This document shows positions 52,930 to 63,291 of a stretch of 64,000 nucleotides of DNA, piece by piece. The stretch is from Vicinamibacterales bacterium. Lineage in GTDB: Bacteria; Acidobacteriota; Vicinamibacteria; Vicinamibacterales; UBA8438. The stretch lies in assembly GCA_965205435.1 (NCBI GenBank), contig CBDBHJ010000006.1:217251-281250 (forward strand), in the 5' to 3' direction. Position numbers and translations under genes: made by a program. The notes under the pieces are model-generated. The model was not told where the DNA came from. It worked only from the letters and a program-made list of their open reading frames with translations, and did not search any database. Position 1 is the first letter of the stretch; each line of letters starts with the position of its first letter.

Positions 52930-55900
52930 TCAGGACCACGTGACCGTTCCCTTCCCACACAGTCGCTCCACTTCCGTCACCAGTGCTTCTGAGGGACGGA
53001 TTCGCGTCTGGGACAGGTCGGCACGTAGCCGCATCGGCAACTCGTCTTTCCGCAGCTCGATTTCGAGCGAGACACGACCGGTGCCGCGATGGCGACCGAA
53101 TAGCTCGGCCAGAGCCTCGACGGTCTTGGGAGTATGTGGCGGTGCCGTTAGCCTGATCGCCATCGTCCGCTGCGCGCCCGTGGCCACACCTGCGATCGGT
53201 TCCACCTTCGTGACGATGAGGCGCGCGGCTTCGTCGTCCTTCTCGAGTTTTCCGGTGACAATGACGATTCGGTCAGGCTCAAGCACCGATCGGTATTTCG
53301 TGTACGCCTCCGGAAACACGACCGCCTCGAGGTGGCCGCCCCGGTCTTCGAGGGTGACCACGGCCATCGGTGCCCCCTTGCGCGTGGTCAGCGATCGGAG
53401 TTGGCCGATAATCCCCGCGACCGACACCGACGCCTCACTCGATACGAGCTCCTCGATCCGCTTCACGCCGGCGCCGCCCAGCGCATCACCAAAGCGGTCA
53501 ACCGGGTGCCCGCTCAAATACAGGCCGAGCGCCTCCTTCTCGAACGCCAGCTGCTCGCTTTCCGTGAGAGGGTTGGCCCCGGGAAGACGGATGCGACCCT
53601 CGGCGCCCTCGGCATCCGACTCGCCAAACAGCTCGGTCTGCCCGAGGTCGCGGTTGCGCTGGCGCCTGTTCCCGTGCTCGATGGCCTGATCGACCGCCGC
53701 CAGCAGCCGCGCCCGTCCCACGGCGACGGAGTCGATCTGCGCGTCGCCAGGGATCGCGTCGAGTGCGCCGGCTTTGGTCAGGCTCTCCAGTACTCGTTTG
53801 TTAACGAGGCGGAGATCGACGTCTTCGCACAACCGGTTCAGCGATGTCAGTCGCCCGTGCTGGCGTCGAGCCTCGAGGATCGAGACGATCGCCGCCTCTC
53901 CGACGTTCTTGATCGCGGTCAACCCGAACCGCACCCCCGAATCAGTGACCGTAAAGTGAAGGTCGCTCGTGTTGATGTCGGGGGGCAAGATTGGCACGTT
54001 CATATCTCGGCACTCGCCCAGATAGATCGCGAGTTTGTCGGTGTTCTGTCGCTCGATCGTCAACAGCGCCGCCATGAAGTGCCAGGGGTAGTTCGCCTTG
54101 AGATACGCCGTCTGGTAGGCCAAGAGCGCGTAGGCGGTCGAGTGACTCTTGTTGAAGCCGTATCCAGCGAAGTATTCGATCAGGTCAAAGATTCTGCTGG
54201 CCTTCTTCTCCGCGATCTTGCGCTCCACGGCACCGGTGACGAACCGCTCGCGTTGCGCCTCCATGACCTTGAGGTCCTTCTTGCCCATCGCCTTCCGCAG
54301 CACATCCGCCTCACCCATCGTGAAGCCGGCGAGATCGCTTGCGATCCGCATGACCTGCTCCTGGTAGGCGATGACTCCGTAGGACTCCTGCAGAATCGGC
54401 TCGAGCTCCGGCAACTCATACGTGATGTCGACCTTGCCGTGTCGACGGTTGATGAAGTCGTCGACGACACCGCCGTGCAGCGGCCCCGGCCGGTAGAGCG
54501 CATTGAGGGCGATCAGGTCATCGAAACGCTGGGGCTTGGCCTTGCGAAGCGTCTCACGCATCCCCGAGCTCTCGAATTGGAAGATGCCCAGCGTCAGACC
54601 ATCGCTGAACAGACGGTAGGTCTTCTCATCGTCGAGGGGAATCTTCTCGAGCGGGATATCGATTCCAGTCGTCGTCTTGATCTGGGTCACCGCGTCTTGC
54701 AACAGCGTGAGCGTGCTGAGGCCGAGAAAGTCCATCTTCAGCAGCCCGACGCGCTCAATCTCCTTCATGGCCCACTGCGTCGTGATCTCGTCCTTCTGAC
54801 TCTTGTAGAGTGGGGCAAACTCGGCGATCGGTCGGGGCGCGATGACAACCCCAGCCGCGTGGACCGAGGCGTGACGGGTGACGCCCTCCAAACGCTTGGC
54901 GACGTCGACCAGTTCTTTGACCCGCTCATCCTGTTGCCACATCCCCTTCAGCGTGGGGTTCTCCTCCAGCGCCTTGTCGAGCGTCATGTCAAGCGACGGG
55001 GGGATCTGCTTGGCGACGCGGTCGACATCGGCATACGACATGCCCAGTGTTCGACCTACATCTCGAACGACCGCCCGGGCCTTCATGGTGCCGAACGTGA
55101 TGATCTGCGCGACGTTTTCACGCCCGTACTTGCGCGTGACGTATTCGATGACCTCGCCGCGCCGCCGCTCGCAAAAATCGATGTCGATGTCGGGAAGGGA
55201 GACGCGCTCGGGATTCAGGAATCGCTCGAAGATCAGGCCGAATTCAAGTGGGTCGACATCGGTGATCTGCAGGCAATACGCCACCAGACTCCCCGCGGCC
55301 GACCCGCGTCCGGGCCCGACCGGTATCCCGTGCTCACGCGCGTATCGAATGAAGTCCCAGACAATCAAGAAGTACCCGGGGTACTTCATCCGCTTGATCA
55401 CGTCGATCTCGTAGGCCAGTCTCGCCTCGTACGCGTCCAGAGAGTTGGCCAGGACGCCTTGGGCGTCGAGTGTTCGTAGTCGGGCGAGCCGTGTGTCGAA
55501 CCCCTCCCGCACGACCCGCTCGAAGTACTCATCAAGCGTGTACGGCTCAGGAACCTCGAAGTTGGGCAAGTGGTTCTCGGACCCACTCAGATCGAGGTCA
55601 CACCGCTCGGCAATCAGCAGGGTGTTCTGGAGGGCCTCGGGAAACTCGCCGAAGACCGCCGCCATCTCATCGGCCGTCTTCAGATAGAACTGGTCGCCGT
55701 GATACCGCAGCCGCTGCTCGTCCTGGACGTTCTTCCCGGTACCGATACACAGGAGGACGTCATGGGGATGCGAGTCGGCCTGCCGAAGGTAGTGCACGTC
55801 GTTCGTGCACACGAGTGAGAGTCCCAGCTCCTTGGCGATGGGCGCCAGTCCCTGGTTGACGACGCGCTGCTCTGGGATTCCCTGGTACTGCATCTCGAGG

Positions 55901-56424
55901 AAGAAGTTACCGGGTCCAAGGATGTCGCGGAAAGACGCGGCGGCGGCGAGGGCTTGCCGGTCCTGCTGGCGGGTCAGGTTCGTCGCGACCTCGCCCTTCA
56001 GACAGCTGCTGAGCCCGACCAGACCGCTCGCGTGCTCGGCGAGCAGCTGCTTGTCGATCCGCGGCTTGTAATAGAAGCCTTCGGTGTAGCCGGCCGACAC
56101 GAGCTTGATGAGATTGTGATAGCCGTCGGCGTTCGTCGCCAGCAGCACCAGGTGGTTGGCGGTCTCACCGGGCACACCGCTCTTCGTGAGTCGGCTTCCA
56201 TTGGCGACATAGACCTCGCATCCGAGGATCGGCTTGATACCGCGGGTCCGCGCCTGGTCGTGAAACGTGATCGCAGAGAATAAGTTGCCGTGCTCCGTCA
56301 CGGCCACGGCCGGCATCCCGAGCTGTTGGACCTGGTCGAGGAGCTCCCCGATCCGGCACGCCCCGTCGAGCAGGGAGAACTCGGTGTGGAGATGCAGGTG
56401 AACGAAGTTCTGACTCATTCCCAT
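52930..56424 (-). CDS. dnaE: DNA polymerase III alpha subunit
   Basis: PHP N-terminus [16 protein letters not shown], polymerase core, and an OB-fold C-terminus. 1164 aa. The start at 56418 gives an ATGA overlap with guaA. Confidence 0.95.
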   Translation of the reverse strand: MGMSQNFVHLHLHTEFSLLDGACRIGELLDQVQQLGMPAVAVTEHGNLFSAITFHDQARTRGIKPILGCEVYVANGSRLTKSGVPGETANHLVLLATNADGYHNLIKLVSAGYTEGFYYKPRIDKQLLAEHASGLVGLSSCLKGEVATNLTRQQDRQALAAAASFRDILGPGNFFLEMQYQGIPEQRVVNQGLAPIAKELGLSLVCTNDVHYLRQADSHPHDVLLCIGTGKNVQDEQRLRYHGDQFYLKTADEMAAVFGEFPEALQNTLLIAERCDLDLSGSENHLPNFEVPEPYTLDEYFERVVREGFDTRLARLRTLDAQGVLANSLDAYEARLAYEIDVIKRMKYPGYFLIVWDFIRYAREHGIPVGPGRGSAAGSLVAYCLQITDVDPLEFGLIFERFLNPERVSLPDIDIDFCERRRGEVIEYVTRKYGRENVAQIITFGTMKARAVVRDVGRTLGMSYADVDRVAKQIPPSLDMTLDKALEENPTLKGMWQQDERVKELVDVAKRLEGVTRHASVHAAGVVIAPRPIAEFAPLYKSQKDEITTQWAMKEIERVGLLKMDFLGLSTLTLLQDAVTQIKTTTGIDIPLEKIPLDDEKTYRLFSDGLTLGIFQFESSGMRETLRKAKPQRFDDLIALNALYRPGPLHGGVVDDFINRRHGKVDITYELPELEPILQESYGVIAYQEQVMRIASDLAGFTMGEADVLRKAMGKKDLKVMEAQRERFVTGAVERKIAEKKASRIFDLIEYFAGYGFNKSHSTAYALLAYQTAYLKANYPWHFMAALLTIERQNTDKLAIYLGECRDMNVPILPPDINTSDLHFTVTDSGVRFGLTAIKNVGEAAIVSILEARRQHGRLTSLNRLCEDVDLRLVNKRVLESLTKAGALDAIPGDAQIDSVAVGRARLLAAVDQAIEHGNRRQRNRDLGQTELFGESDAEGAEGRIRLPGANPLTESEQLAFEKEALGLYLSGHPVDRFGDALGGAGVKRIEELVSSEASVSVAGIIGQLRSLTTRKGAPMAVVTLEDRGGHLEAVVFPEAYTKYRSVLEPDRIVIVTGKLEKDDEAARLIVTKVEPIAGVATGAQRTMAIRLTAPPHTPKTVEALAELFGRHRGTGRVSLEIELRKDELPMRLRADLSQTRIRPSEALVTEVERLCGKGTVTWS

Positions 56425-57956
56425 TCGATCGTCGATGGTGGCTTCGAGCTGATGTCGTAGACGACGCGATTGATCCCGTGTACCTCATTGACGATACGCG
56501 ACGAGATCGTGGCGAGAAGATCGTGCGGCAGCCGAGCCCAGTCGGCGGTCATCCCATCGCGACTGTCGACGGCGCGCACGGCGATCGTGTTCTCGTACGT
56601 GCGTTCGTCTCCCATCACGCCAACACTTTGGACAGGGAGCAGCACGGCGAACGACTGCCACACCTGCCGATAGAGCCCAGCGCGTCGGATCTCCTCGACC
56701 ACGATTGCATCGGCCCGCTGTAGAAGCTCGACTCTCTCCCGGGTGACCTCTCCGAGGATACGGACGGCCAATCCGGGTCCCGGAAACGGCTGACGCCAGA
56801 CGAATTCGTCTTCAAGACCCAGTTCGGTCCCGACCGCGCGTACTTCATCCTTGAACAACTCTCGCAACGGTTCAATCAGGGCGAAGCGAAGGTTCTCTGG
56901 GAGCCCCCCCACATTGTGGTGGCTCTTGATCGCTGCCGAGGGACCGACCACAGAGACGCTCTCGATCACATCGGGATAGAGAGTCCCCTGCACAAGATAG
57001 TCGACATCGCCGAGCTTGGCTGCGGATGACTCGAACACCTCGATGAAGGTCGCCCCGATGACTTTGCGTTTGCGCTCGGGGTCGGTCACGCCGCTGAGGC
57101 GGTCGAGAAACAGGTCACTCGCATCCTCGAACACGACCTGCAAGTGCAGTTTGTCGACGTAGCGTTGTTGGATCTGGGTGGCCTCATTGAACCGGAGCAC
57201 GCCGTTGTCCACGAAGATGCAGGTGAGCCGGTCGCCGATGGCACGATGGACCAGGACGGCCGCCACGGTCGAATCGACTCCCCCGCTCAACCCGCAGACT
57301 ACCTTGGCGGTGTCACCAACCGACTTCCTGACGCGCGTCGTCGTTTCGTTGATGAACGAGGCCATGGTCCAGTCGCCCGTGCACCGGCAGATGGCATGGG
57401 CGAAGTTGCCGAGGATCTCGGTGCCGCGCTCGGTGTGGGCTACTTCGGGATGAAACAGCAGCGCATGGAACCGCCGGGTTGGATCTTCCATCGCCGCCAC
57501 GGGTGCATTGGCGCTGGTCGCACGAACCTCGAATCCCTGGGGCGGCCTCTCGACGAAGTCGCCATGGCTGGCCCAGACCCGCAGTTCGGGTGGGACGTTC
57601 GCCAGGAGAGGCCCGTCGCCACTGATCGCCACGGTCGTGTGGCCGTACTCCCGTTCGGGTGCACGTGCGACGCGCCCGCCCAGCGTCGCGGTCATCACTT
57701 GCATGCCGTAGCAGATGCCGAGCATCGGCACGCCGAGCTCGAAGAGTCCGGGCGCGCACTGCGGTGCCCCGTCGTCCGAGACACTGGATGGGCCGCCCGA
57801 GAGAATGATGCCGACCGGATGGCGTTTTCCGAGTTCTTCGGGTGACGTATCGAAGGGCAGGATCTCCGAATAGACCGACAGCTCTCGAAGACGGCGCGCA
57901 ATCAACTGCGTGTACTGCGAACCGAAGTCAAGAACGACGATGGTCTGATGGGCCAC
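56415..57956 (-). CDS. guaA: GMP synthase (glutamine-hydrolysing)
   Basis: GATase domain (MLGICYGMQ), PP-loop SGGVDSTV, and C-terminal ...KPPSTIEWE. Confidence 0.95.
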   Translation of the reverse strand: MAHQTIVVLDFGSQYTQLIARRLRELSVYSEILPFDTSPEELGKRHPVGIILSGGPSSVSDDGAPQCAPGLFELGVPMLGICYGMQVMTATLGGRVARAPEREYGHTTVAISGDGPLLANVPPELRVWASHGDFVERPPQGFEVRATSANAPVAAMEDPTRRFHALLFHPEVAHTERGTEILGNFAHAICRCTGDWTMASFINETTTRVRKSVGDTAKVVCGLSGGVDSTVAAVLVHRAIGDRLTCIFVDNGVLRFNEATQIQQRYVDKLHLQVVFEDASDLFLDRLSGVTDPERKRKVIGATFIEVFESSAAKLGDVDYLVQGTLYPDVIESVSVVGPSAAIKSHHNVGGLPENLRFALIEPLRELFKDEVRAVGTELGLEDEFVWRQPFPGPGLAVRILGEVTRERVELLQRADAIVVEEIRRAGLYRQVWQSFAVLLPVQSVGVMGDERTYENTIAVRAVDSRDGMTADWARLPHDLLATISSRIVNEVHGINRVVYDISSKPPSTIEWE

Positions 57957-58030
57957 AGAGACTATGATCTCGCACTGTCGGAAGGCGCGGAATGCAGGAC
58001 GACCGCGATGAGATGCAGCTATTATAAGGT

Positions 58031-59317
58031 GTGATCGTTCACGGAACCACTACATCTTGTAGCGATGTCGTCAGGGTTCTCGTGATCGTCGCTGTCACCC
58101 TCCTCGGTCGTCCCGCGACGGGTGAGGTGCCGCCCACGCCGTTCTTCCCACTTCAGGAGCGTTGGTCTACCGACCTGACCCAGTCGGCAGTAGCTCCTCC
58201 CGTCTACGACGACGATCATGCGTATGTGCCGCTGCGAGACGGCACGCTGGTTGCCGTCAGCCTTGTCGATGGCAGCATCTCATGGTCTGCTGAGCAGGCC
58301 ACCCGGGTCTCCCCCGCGGTGGGTGACGGCCTTATCATTGTCGCCCGCGAGGCGACCCTGTTCGGCCTGCGCACGACCGATGCCGCACCGATTTGGAGCA
58401 CCGATCTGGGCGCCACCGTGTCTGCGCCACTCGTCTGGAACACAGGGTGGCTCGTCGCGGTTCTGGAGAACGGGGACGTCGTGGTGCTACGCGGGGCTGA
58501 CGGGTTTGAGTTGTGGCGCGAGCCGGTGTCGGGCCAGCTCGACGTTCGCCCCTCGGTTGCCGGTCGCGAGCTGTTTGTGCCGGTTCGCGACGGACGAGTC
58601 CTGGCCTTCGAGCTTACGACGGGCCAGCTCTTGTGGGAGCGATCGCTGGGCGGAAGCCCGCAAGAAATCCTCGCACCCGATGATCTCTTCGTGGGAGCTA
58701 CCGACAACTACTTCTACCGGCTGTCACGCTCGGATGGGAAGATGCGATGGCGGTGGCGCACGGGTGGAGACATCGTCGGGCTTCCCGCAGTCGATGAGCG
58801 TCGGGTGATGTTCGTCTCGCTCGACAATATCCTCTGGGCCCTTGACCGCAAGAGCGGCGTGCAGCAGTGGCGCCGCCCGCTGTCCGGTCGACCGGCCGGC
58901 GGCCCGCAGATTGTCGCCGAGATGGCGCTGGTTTCCGGGGTGTCACCCGTCCTGCGCGCATTTGGAACACGCGCCGGTCGAGAGGCCGGCGTACTGACCG
59001 CCCCCGGTGAGCTTGCCGGTCCGCCACACCTCCTACGGCCGCCCTCGGCGCTCGCGCCTGGACTCGTCGTCATGACTGGGGACGGGCGTCTTGTCGGTCT
59101 GCTCCAGGCAACCGGACCGCCACAGTTCTCCCTGGATTTTCCACCACCGCCGTTGTTGCCGGCGCCAGAGCTTCTGGGTCTCGACGATCTGCTGCCGTGG
59201 CCATCTGTGCTTGAGCCTGAGGCCGGGGTCTGGCCGTCGCCAGGCGAATCAGACCGGTCGATTCATCCCGCAGACCGGGACGAGGCGGGTGTGCGCGACC
59301 CGTTCGGGACCCCATAA
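58031..59317 (+). CDS. PQQ-like beta-propeller repeat protein (BamB-like)
   Basis: Signal/anchor segment, then repeated ...DG.L.A......G...W... blades (e.g. [38 protein letters not shown]). Pro-rich C-terminus. Confidence 0.6.
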   Translation: MIVHGTTTSCSDVVRVLVIVAVTLLGRPATGEVPPTPFFPLQERWSTDLTQSAVAPPVYDDDHAYVPLRDGTLVAVSLVDGSISWSAEQATRVSPAVGDGLIIVAREATLFGLRTTDAAPIWSTDLGATVSAPLVWNTGWLVAVLENGDVVVLRGADGFELWREPVSGQLDVRPSVAGRELFVPVRDGRVLAFELTTGQLLWERSLGGSPQEILAPDDLFVGATDNYFYRLSRSDGKMRWRWRTGGDIVGLPAVDERRVMFVSLDNILWALDRKSGVQQWRRPLSGRPAGGPQIVAEMALVSGVSPVLRAFGTRAGREAGVLTAPGELAGPPHLLRPPSALAPGLVVMTGDGRLVGLLQATGPPQFSLDFPPPPLLPAPELLGLDDLLPWPSVLEPEAGVWPSPGESDRSIHPADRDEAGVRDPFGTP

Positions 59318-59322
59318 GAGAC

Positions 59323-62300
59323 ATGGTCGTCGGCCACCATCCACTGCGACGGGCGGTGATCGTGGCAGCCGTCGGCGCCGCCGTGATCCTCGGAGGTGGA
59401 TGGGTTGCCGAGCTTTGGCGGCTCGGCCCGACCACCGACGCATCCTACGCCCGCGTCGAGCGTGCCGTCGTGCGAACCGTCGACGAGATGGTCGCGTCGC
59501 TCGAGCGAACCGCGTCGCGGATCGCCACTGACCCCGACGTATCGGTCGGCCTGGGCAGTCCTGCCGGCCGGCCGCTCCTGTTCAACGTCATCCGCTCAGC
59601 AATCGAGAGTCCCGGTGACACCGACGTGTCGGTGACGGTCTACGACGCTGTCGGGTCGGCTCGAGCCTGGGCCGGTCGTCCATCCGAGATCCCGAGCGGG
59701 CGCATCTTGAATGACGATGACGAGTCACTCTTTGTGGCGCCAGGTCCGCTCGGACTCCGACTGGTCTATGTTCAGCCGCTGCGCGCCGCGGGCGGATCCG
59801 GAGGGTCCCAACGAATCGGTTCCTTGGCTGTGGAGCGTGTGCTCTCGCCCGCCGCAGGGATCACCGAGTCGGGCCCCGATTCGTATCGGCTCACGGCTCC
59901 GTTCGCCGATGTGTCGCTGCGCACGGTGTATGAAGGTGCAGGCTCGAGTGGCGGGCCGTTTACCATCGAGGTGCAGGCACCGTCGGGCGAGCTCCTGCTC
60001 GAGGGCGAGGTCCACGAGGAGGACCTGGTCGGCGCGAGAATGGCGTGGCGTCGGACGATTCAGGCGCTGACCCTGGTCTTCCTGGCTTTTGCGCTGGCGG
60101 TCGGGTGTGCGCCGCTGGTCGTCCGTCCGAGCCGGGGCCTACCACCTGGTGCTATCGCGATCCGAGCGTCCGGGGCGGCGGTCGGCTGTCTGCTCGGATA
60201 CAGTCTGCTCCGATACGCTGTCGGGCTCGGCATGTCGGACACGGTCCTCGGACTCTTCGATCCCGCGATCCATGAGTCGATCCGTTTCTCCAATCTGATT
60301 CGGTCGCCCGCAGACCTTCTGCTTCTCGGAGCTTTGCTGGTCGGTCTCTTGTTGGTCGGAGCCTTCGTCGTTGACCAGGTGCGCCTGGCTCGGCGCCAGG
60401 TCGTCAAACCGGGCAGCGGCTTGCGTTCACCCGCCTGGATCATCGCCCATACGGCTGGTGGGTTCGGTGCTGCGGCCGCCCTCGTCGCGTTTGACGTACT
60501 TGTCAGCGACGCCTTCGACAGCGCCACCGTCGATCTGCTCCACACCTCTTTGCATCCGTGGGATTCGGGTCGCCTTGCGTTACTGGGAGGGGTGCTGTTG
60601 TCGAGCGTGGCGGTCGTGTGGGGATGCGCCACACTCCTGCTTGGCACCCAGCTGCCCTGGCGAGTGCACCACCGAGAGGTGTCGTACATCCTGCCGAGCG
60701 TCGTGGTCTGGGTCCTTCCGGGAGCTGTACTCGTCGCCGGCGGTGTGGTCGCGATCGCGCCGTTCGCCACGATGCTGGGCGGTTCGGTCGCGCTGGCGGT
60801 CTCGGTGCCGTTCATGCGACCGCGTTTCCGGCATGCTTCACATGCGGCACGGGTGCTGACGATCTTTCTCGCCCTGCTGCTGCCCGCGTTGCTCGCCTAC
60901 CCATCGCTGCTCCACCACGGCGAACGGACCAAGCAGCGGTTCGTGGAGACGCGATATGCGGTACAAGCGGCGGCACACCCTGAGCAGCTTCAGGCCCAGC
61001 TGACGGGCGCGCTCGGACAGATCGACGCGGTGGCCGAGCTGGCGACGATTACGACGGTCGACGACACTGGCGCCGCCAATCTGGATACCGACCGCGCCTT
61101 CTTCATCTGGCGTCAGACCGATCTGGCTCGACGACGACTGACGTCGGCTGTCGAGCTCTACGACACGGATGGACGCCTGACCAGTCGGTTCGCGCTGAAT
61201 TTTCCGGAGTACGCCGGACGTCCGTCCGATTGGCAAGTGACCGGCTGCGACTGGGAGGTGTATGGGGAGATCGCCCCGTTCGGTTCTGACGAGCGGCGGG
61301 TGCTGCATGCCGAACGGGCTGTTTGCCCGGCGCCCGACACGCGTGGCGCGGGCCGGTCCGCGCCGCCGGCGGGGTCGGTCGTGGTCCATGTCGCACTCGA
61401 CTATCAGACGCTTCCCTTCATCTCGTCAGCAAACCCTTACACGCAGCTGCTACGCCCGCCCGCCCTTCCCCGTCTTGAGGGCCGAACTGGGCAGGACGTC
61501 GAGCTGGTGATCTACGGCTGGGGGTTGCAGCCGCTCTTTTCGTCCGGACGCGACGCGTGGTCGCTCGGAGACGGGCTCTTCGAGCGTATTTACGCGTCAC
61601 GTGACCCGTTCTGGACGACCCTCGCAAAAGGTGGGCGCCGCTATACGACCTACGTGGCGAACAATCGGGTCGGCATCTATCTGCTGGGGTATCCCGTTTT
61701 TGGCCTGTTCGAGCATTTCGTGCACCTGGCCGAGATCTCGGTCCTGGCCGGTCTGCTCTTTCTGACCTTCGGGATGGCGGTGGGAGTGGGCAGCTGGTTC
61801 ATCCCCGACCGGTATCGGTTCGGCCGGGCGCTCCTGCGCGAAGTGCGGACCAGTTTCTACCGGCGTCTCCTGCTCGCCTTCATCGCGGCCACGCTCATTC
61901 CGGTGCTGGCGCTCGCGTTCGTGATTCGCGGCTATTTCACGGCTGAGCTCAGAGCCGACGTCGAAGCTGGCGCTGCCCGGACTGTCGCGATCGCCCAACG
62001 CGTCATCGAGGAGTCGTTCGTGCTCCAGCAGGTTGGAGAGGAAACGAGAGCCCTGATCAACGACGACCTTCTCGTGTGGATCAGCCAGGTGCTCGACCAG
62101 GAGATCAATATCTTCAACGGATCGCAACTCGTTGCGACGAGCGAACGCGACCTGTTTGCGTCGGGCCTGCTGCCCACCCGGACACCGGATGCGGTCTATT
62201 CGGCTGTCATACTCGACGGGCTTCCGAGCTACGTCATGGAGGATTCGCTCGCGTCGCTCCAGTACCTGGTGGCCGCGACTCCGATTCGCGCTGCTGGTCG

Positions 62301-63291
62301 GGATGCGGTCCTGACTGTACCCCTCGCCTCCCGGCAACAGGAGATCGAGCGACAGATCGACGATCTCGATCGGGGGCTTCTCCTGGGGGTGATGCTCTTC
62401 GTGCTGCTGGGGGCGGCAAGCGGTCTTTATATGGCGGAGCGGATTGCCGACCCCGTGAAACGACTGACACGCGCCACCGGGCAGATCGCCAGAGGCGACT
62501 TCGACGCGCAGATCGCCGCGCGTTCGGCCGACGAGCTGCAGCAGCTCGTCGCGTCATTCAATCAGATGGCGATCGACCTGAAGGACCAGCAGATCCAGCT
62601 CGAGAAGACACACCGCCTCGAGGCCTGGGCGGACATGGCGCGGCAGGTCGCCCACGAAATCAAGAATCCGCTGACGCCGGTCCAGTTGTCGGCGGAGCAT
62701 TTGCTGCGGGTGCATGCCGACCGGGGCGAGCCCCTTGGACCGGTCCTGCGGAGTTGCGTGGAGTCGATCCTCACTCAGGTGCGGCTGCTCCGGCAGATTT
62801 CGTCGGAGTTCTCGAGCTATGCCTCCTCCCCGACGGTCCAGCTTCGGCCGACGTCGCTGCGAGACCTCGTCACCGAAGTGCTCGAACCCTACCTCGTCGG
62901 GCTCGCGCAACGGATCTTGGTCGCCGTCGACATTCCAGAAGCCATCCCAGACCTCACGCTAGACCGCACGCTGGTTGGACGAGCGATCACGAATGTGGTC
63001 GAGAACGCCTTGCACGCCATGCCCGGCGCGGGCTCGCTCGAGGTTCGCGCCAGGCTGACGCCGGACGCTGTTATTCTTGAAATCGTTGATTCCGGTGTTG
63101 GGCTCGACGCCAAGACCCTAGAACGGATCTTTGAGCCGTATTTTTCGACCAAGGTGTCGGGCACCGGTCTTGGTATGGCGATCGCCAAACGGAACATCGA
63201 GCTGAGTGGCGGCGCAATCGGTGTGGAGAGCGAGAGGGACCGTGGGACCACGGTCACCCTGCGGTTCCCACTAGTGGCCTGTACTCATTGA
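59323..63291 (+). CDS. very large multipass sensor histidine kinase (HAMP-HisKA-HATPase)
   Basis: 1322 aa with at least 10 hydrophobic segments and three large extracytoplasmic regions. HAMP domain, H-box AHEIKNPLTPVQLSAEHL (NtrY-like), N-box NVVENALHA, G-boxes DSGVGL and GTGLGMAI. Confidence 0.85.
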   Translation: MVVGHHPLRRAVIVAAVGAAVILGGGWVAELWRLGPTTDASYARVERAVVRTVDEMVASLERTASRIATDPDVSVGLGSPAGRPLLFNVIRSAIESPGDTDVSVTVYDAVGSARAWAGRPSEIPSGRILNDDDESLFVAPGPLGLRLVYVQPLRAAGGSGGSQRIGSLAVERVLSPAAGITESGPDSYRLTAPFADVSLRTVYEGAGSSGGPFTIEVQAPSGELLLEGEVHEEDLVGARMAWRRTIQALTLVFLAFALAVGCAPLVVRPSRGLPPGAIAIRASGAAVGCLLGYSLLRYAVGLGMSDTVLGLFDPAIHESIRFSNLIRSPADLLLLGALLVGLLLVGAFVVDQVRLARRQVVKPGSGLRSPAWIIAHTAGGFGAAAALVAFDVLVSDAFDSATVDLLHTSLHPWDSGRLALLGGVLLSSVAVVWGCATLLLGTQLPWRVHHREVSYILPSVVVWVLPGAVLVAGGVVAIAPFATMLGGSVALAVSVPFMRPRFRHASHAARVLTIFLALLLPALLAYPSLLHHGERTKQRFVETRYAVQAAAHPEQLQAQLTGALGQIDAVAELATITTVDDTGAANLDTDRAFFIWRQTDLARRRLTSAVELYDTDGRLTSRFALNFPEYAGRPSDWQVTGCDWEVYGEIAPFGSDERRVLHAERAVCPAPDTRGAGRSAPPAGSVVVHVALDYQTLPFISSANPYTQLLRPPALPRLEGRTGQDVELVIYGWGLQPLFSSGRDAWSLGDGLFERIYASRDPFWTTLAKGGRRYTTYVANNRVGIYLLGYPVFGLFEHFVHLAEISVLAGLLFLTFGMAVGVGSWFIPDRYRFGRALLREVRTSFYRRLLLAFIAATLIPVLALAFVIRGYFTAELRADVEAGAARTVAIAQRVIEESFVLQQVGEETRALINDDLLVWISQVLDQEINIFNGSQLVATSERDLFASGLLPTRTPDAVYSAVILDGLPSYVMEDSLASLQYLVAATPIRAAGRDAVLTVPLASRQQEIERQIDDLDRGLLLGVMLFVLLGAASGLYMAERIADPVKRLTRATGQIARGDFDAQIAARSADELQQLVASFNQMAIDLKDQQIQLEKTHRLEAWADMARQVAHEIKNPLTPVQLSAEHLLRVHADRGEPLGPVLRSCVESILTQVRLLRQISSEFSSYASSPTVQLRPTSLRDLVTEVLEPYLVGLAQRILVAVDIPEAIPDLTLDRTLVGRAITNVVENALHAMPGAGSLEVRARLTPDAVILEIVDSGVGLDAKTLERIFEPYFSTKVSGTGLGMAIAKRNIELSGGAIGVESERDRGTTVTLRFPLVACTH

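Noticed and set aside
53332-55479. 715-aa + strand ORF
   Set aside because: It lies entirely antisense to dnaE, whose product has unmistakable Pol III alpha motifs. Its translation is Arg/Leu/Asp/Gly-rich with no recognisable domain. This is a typical stop-poor shadow frame in high-GC DNA.
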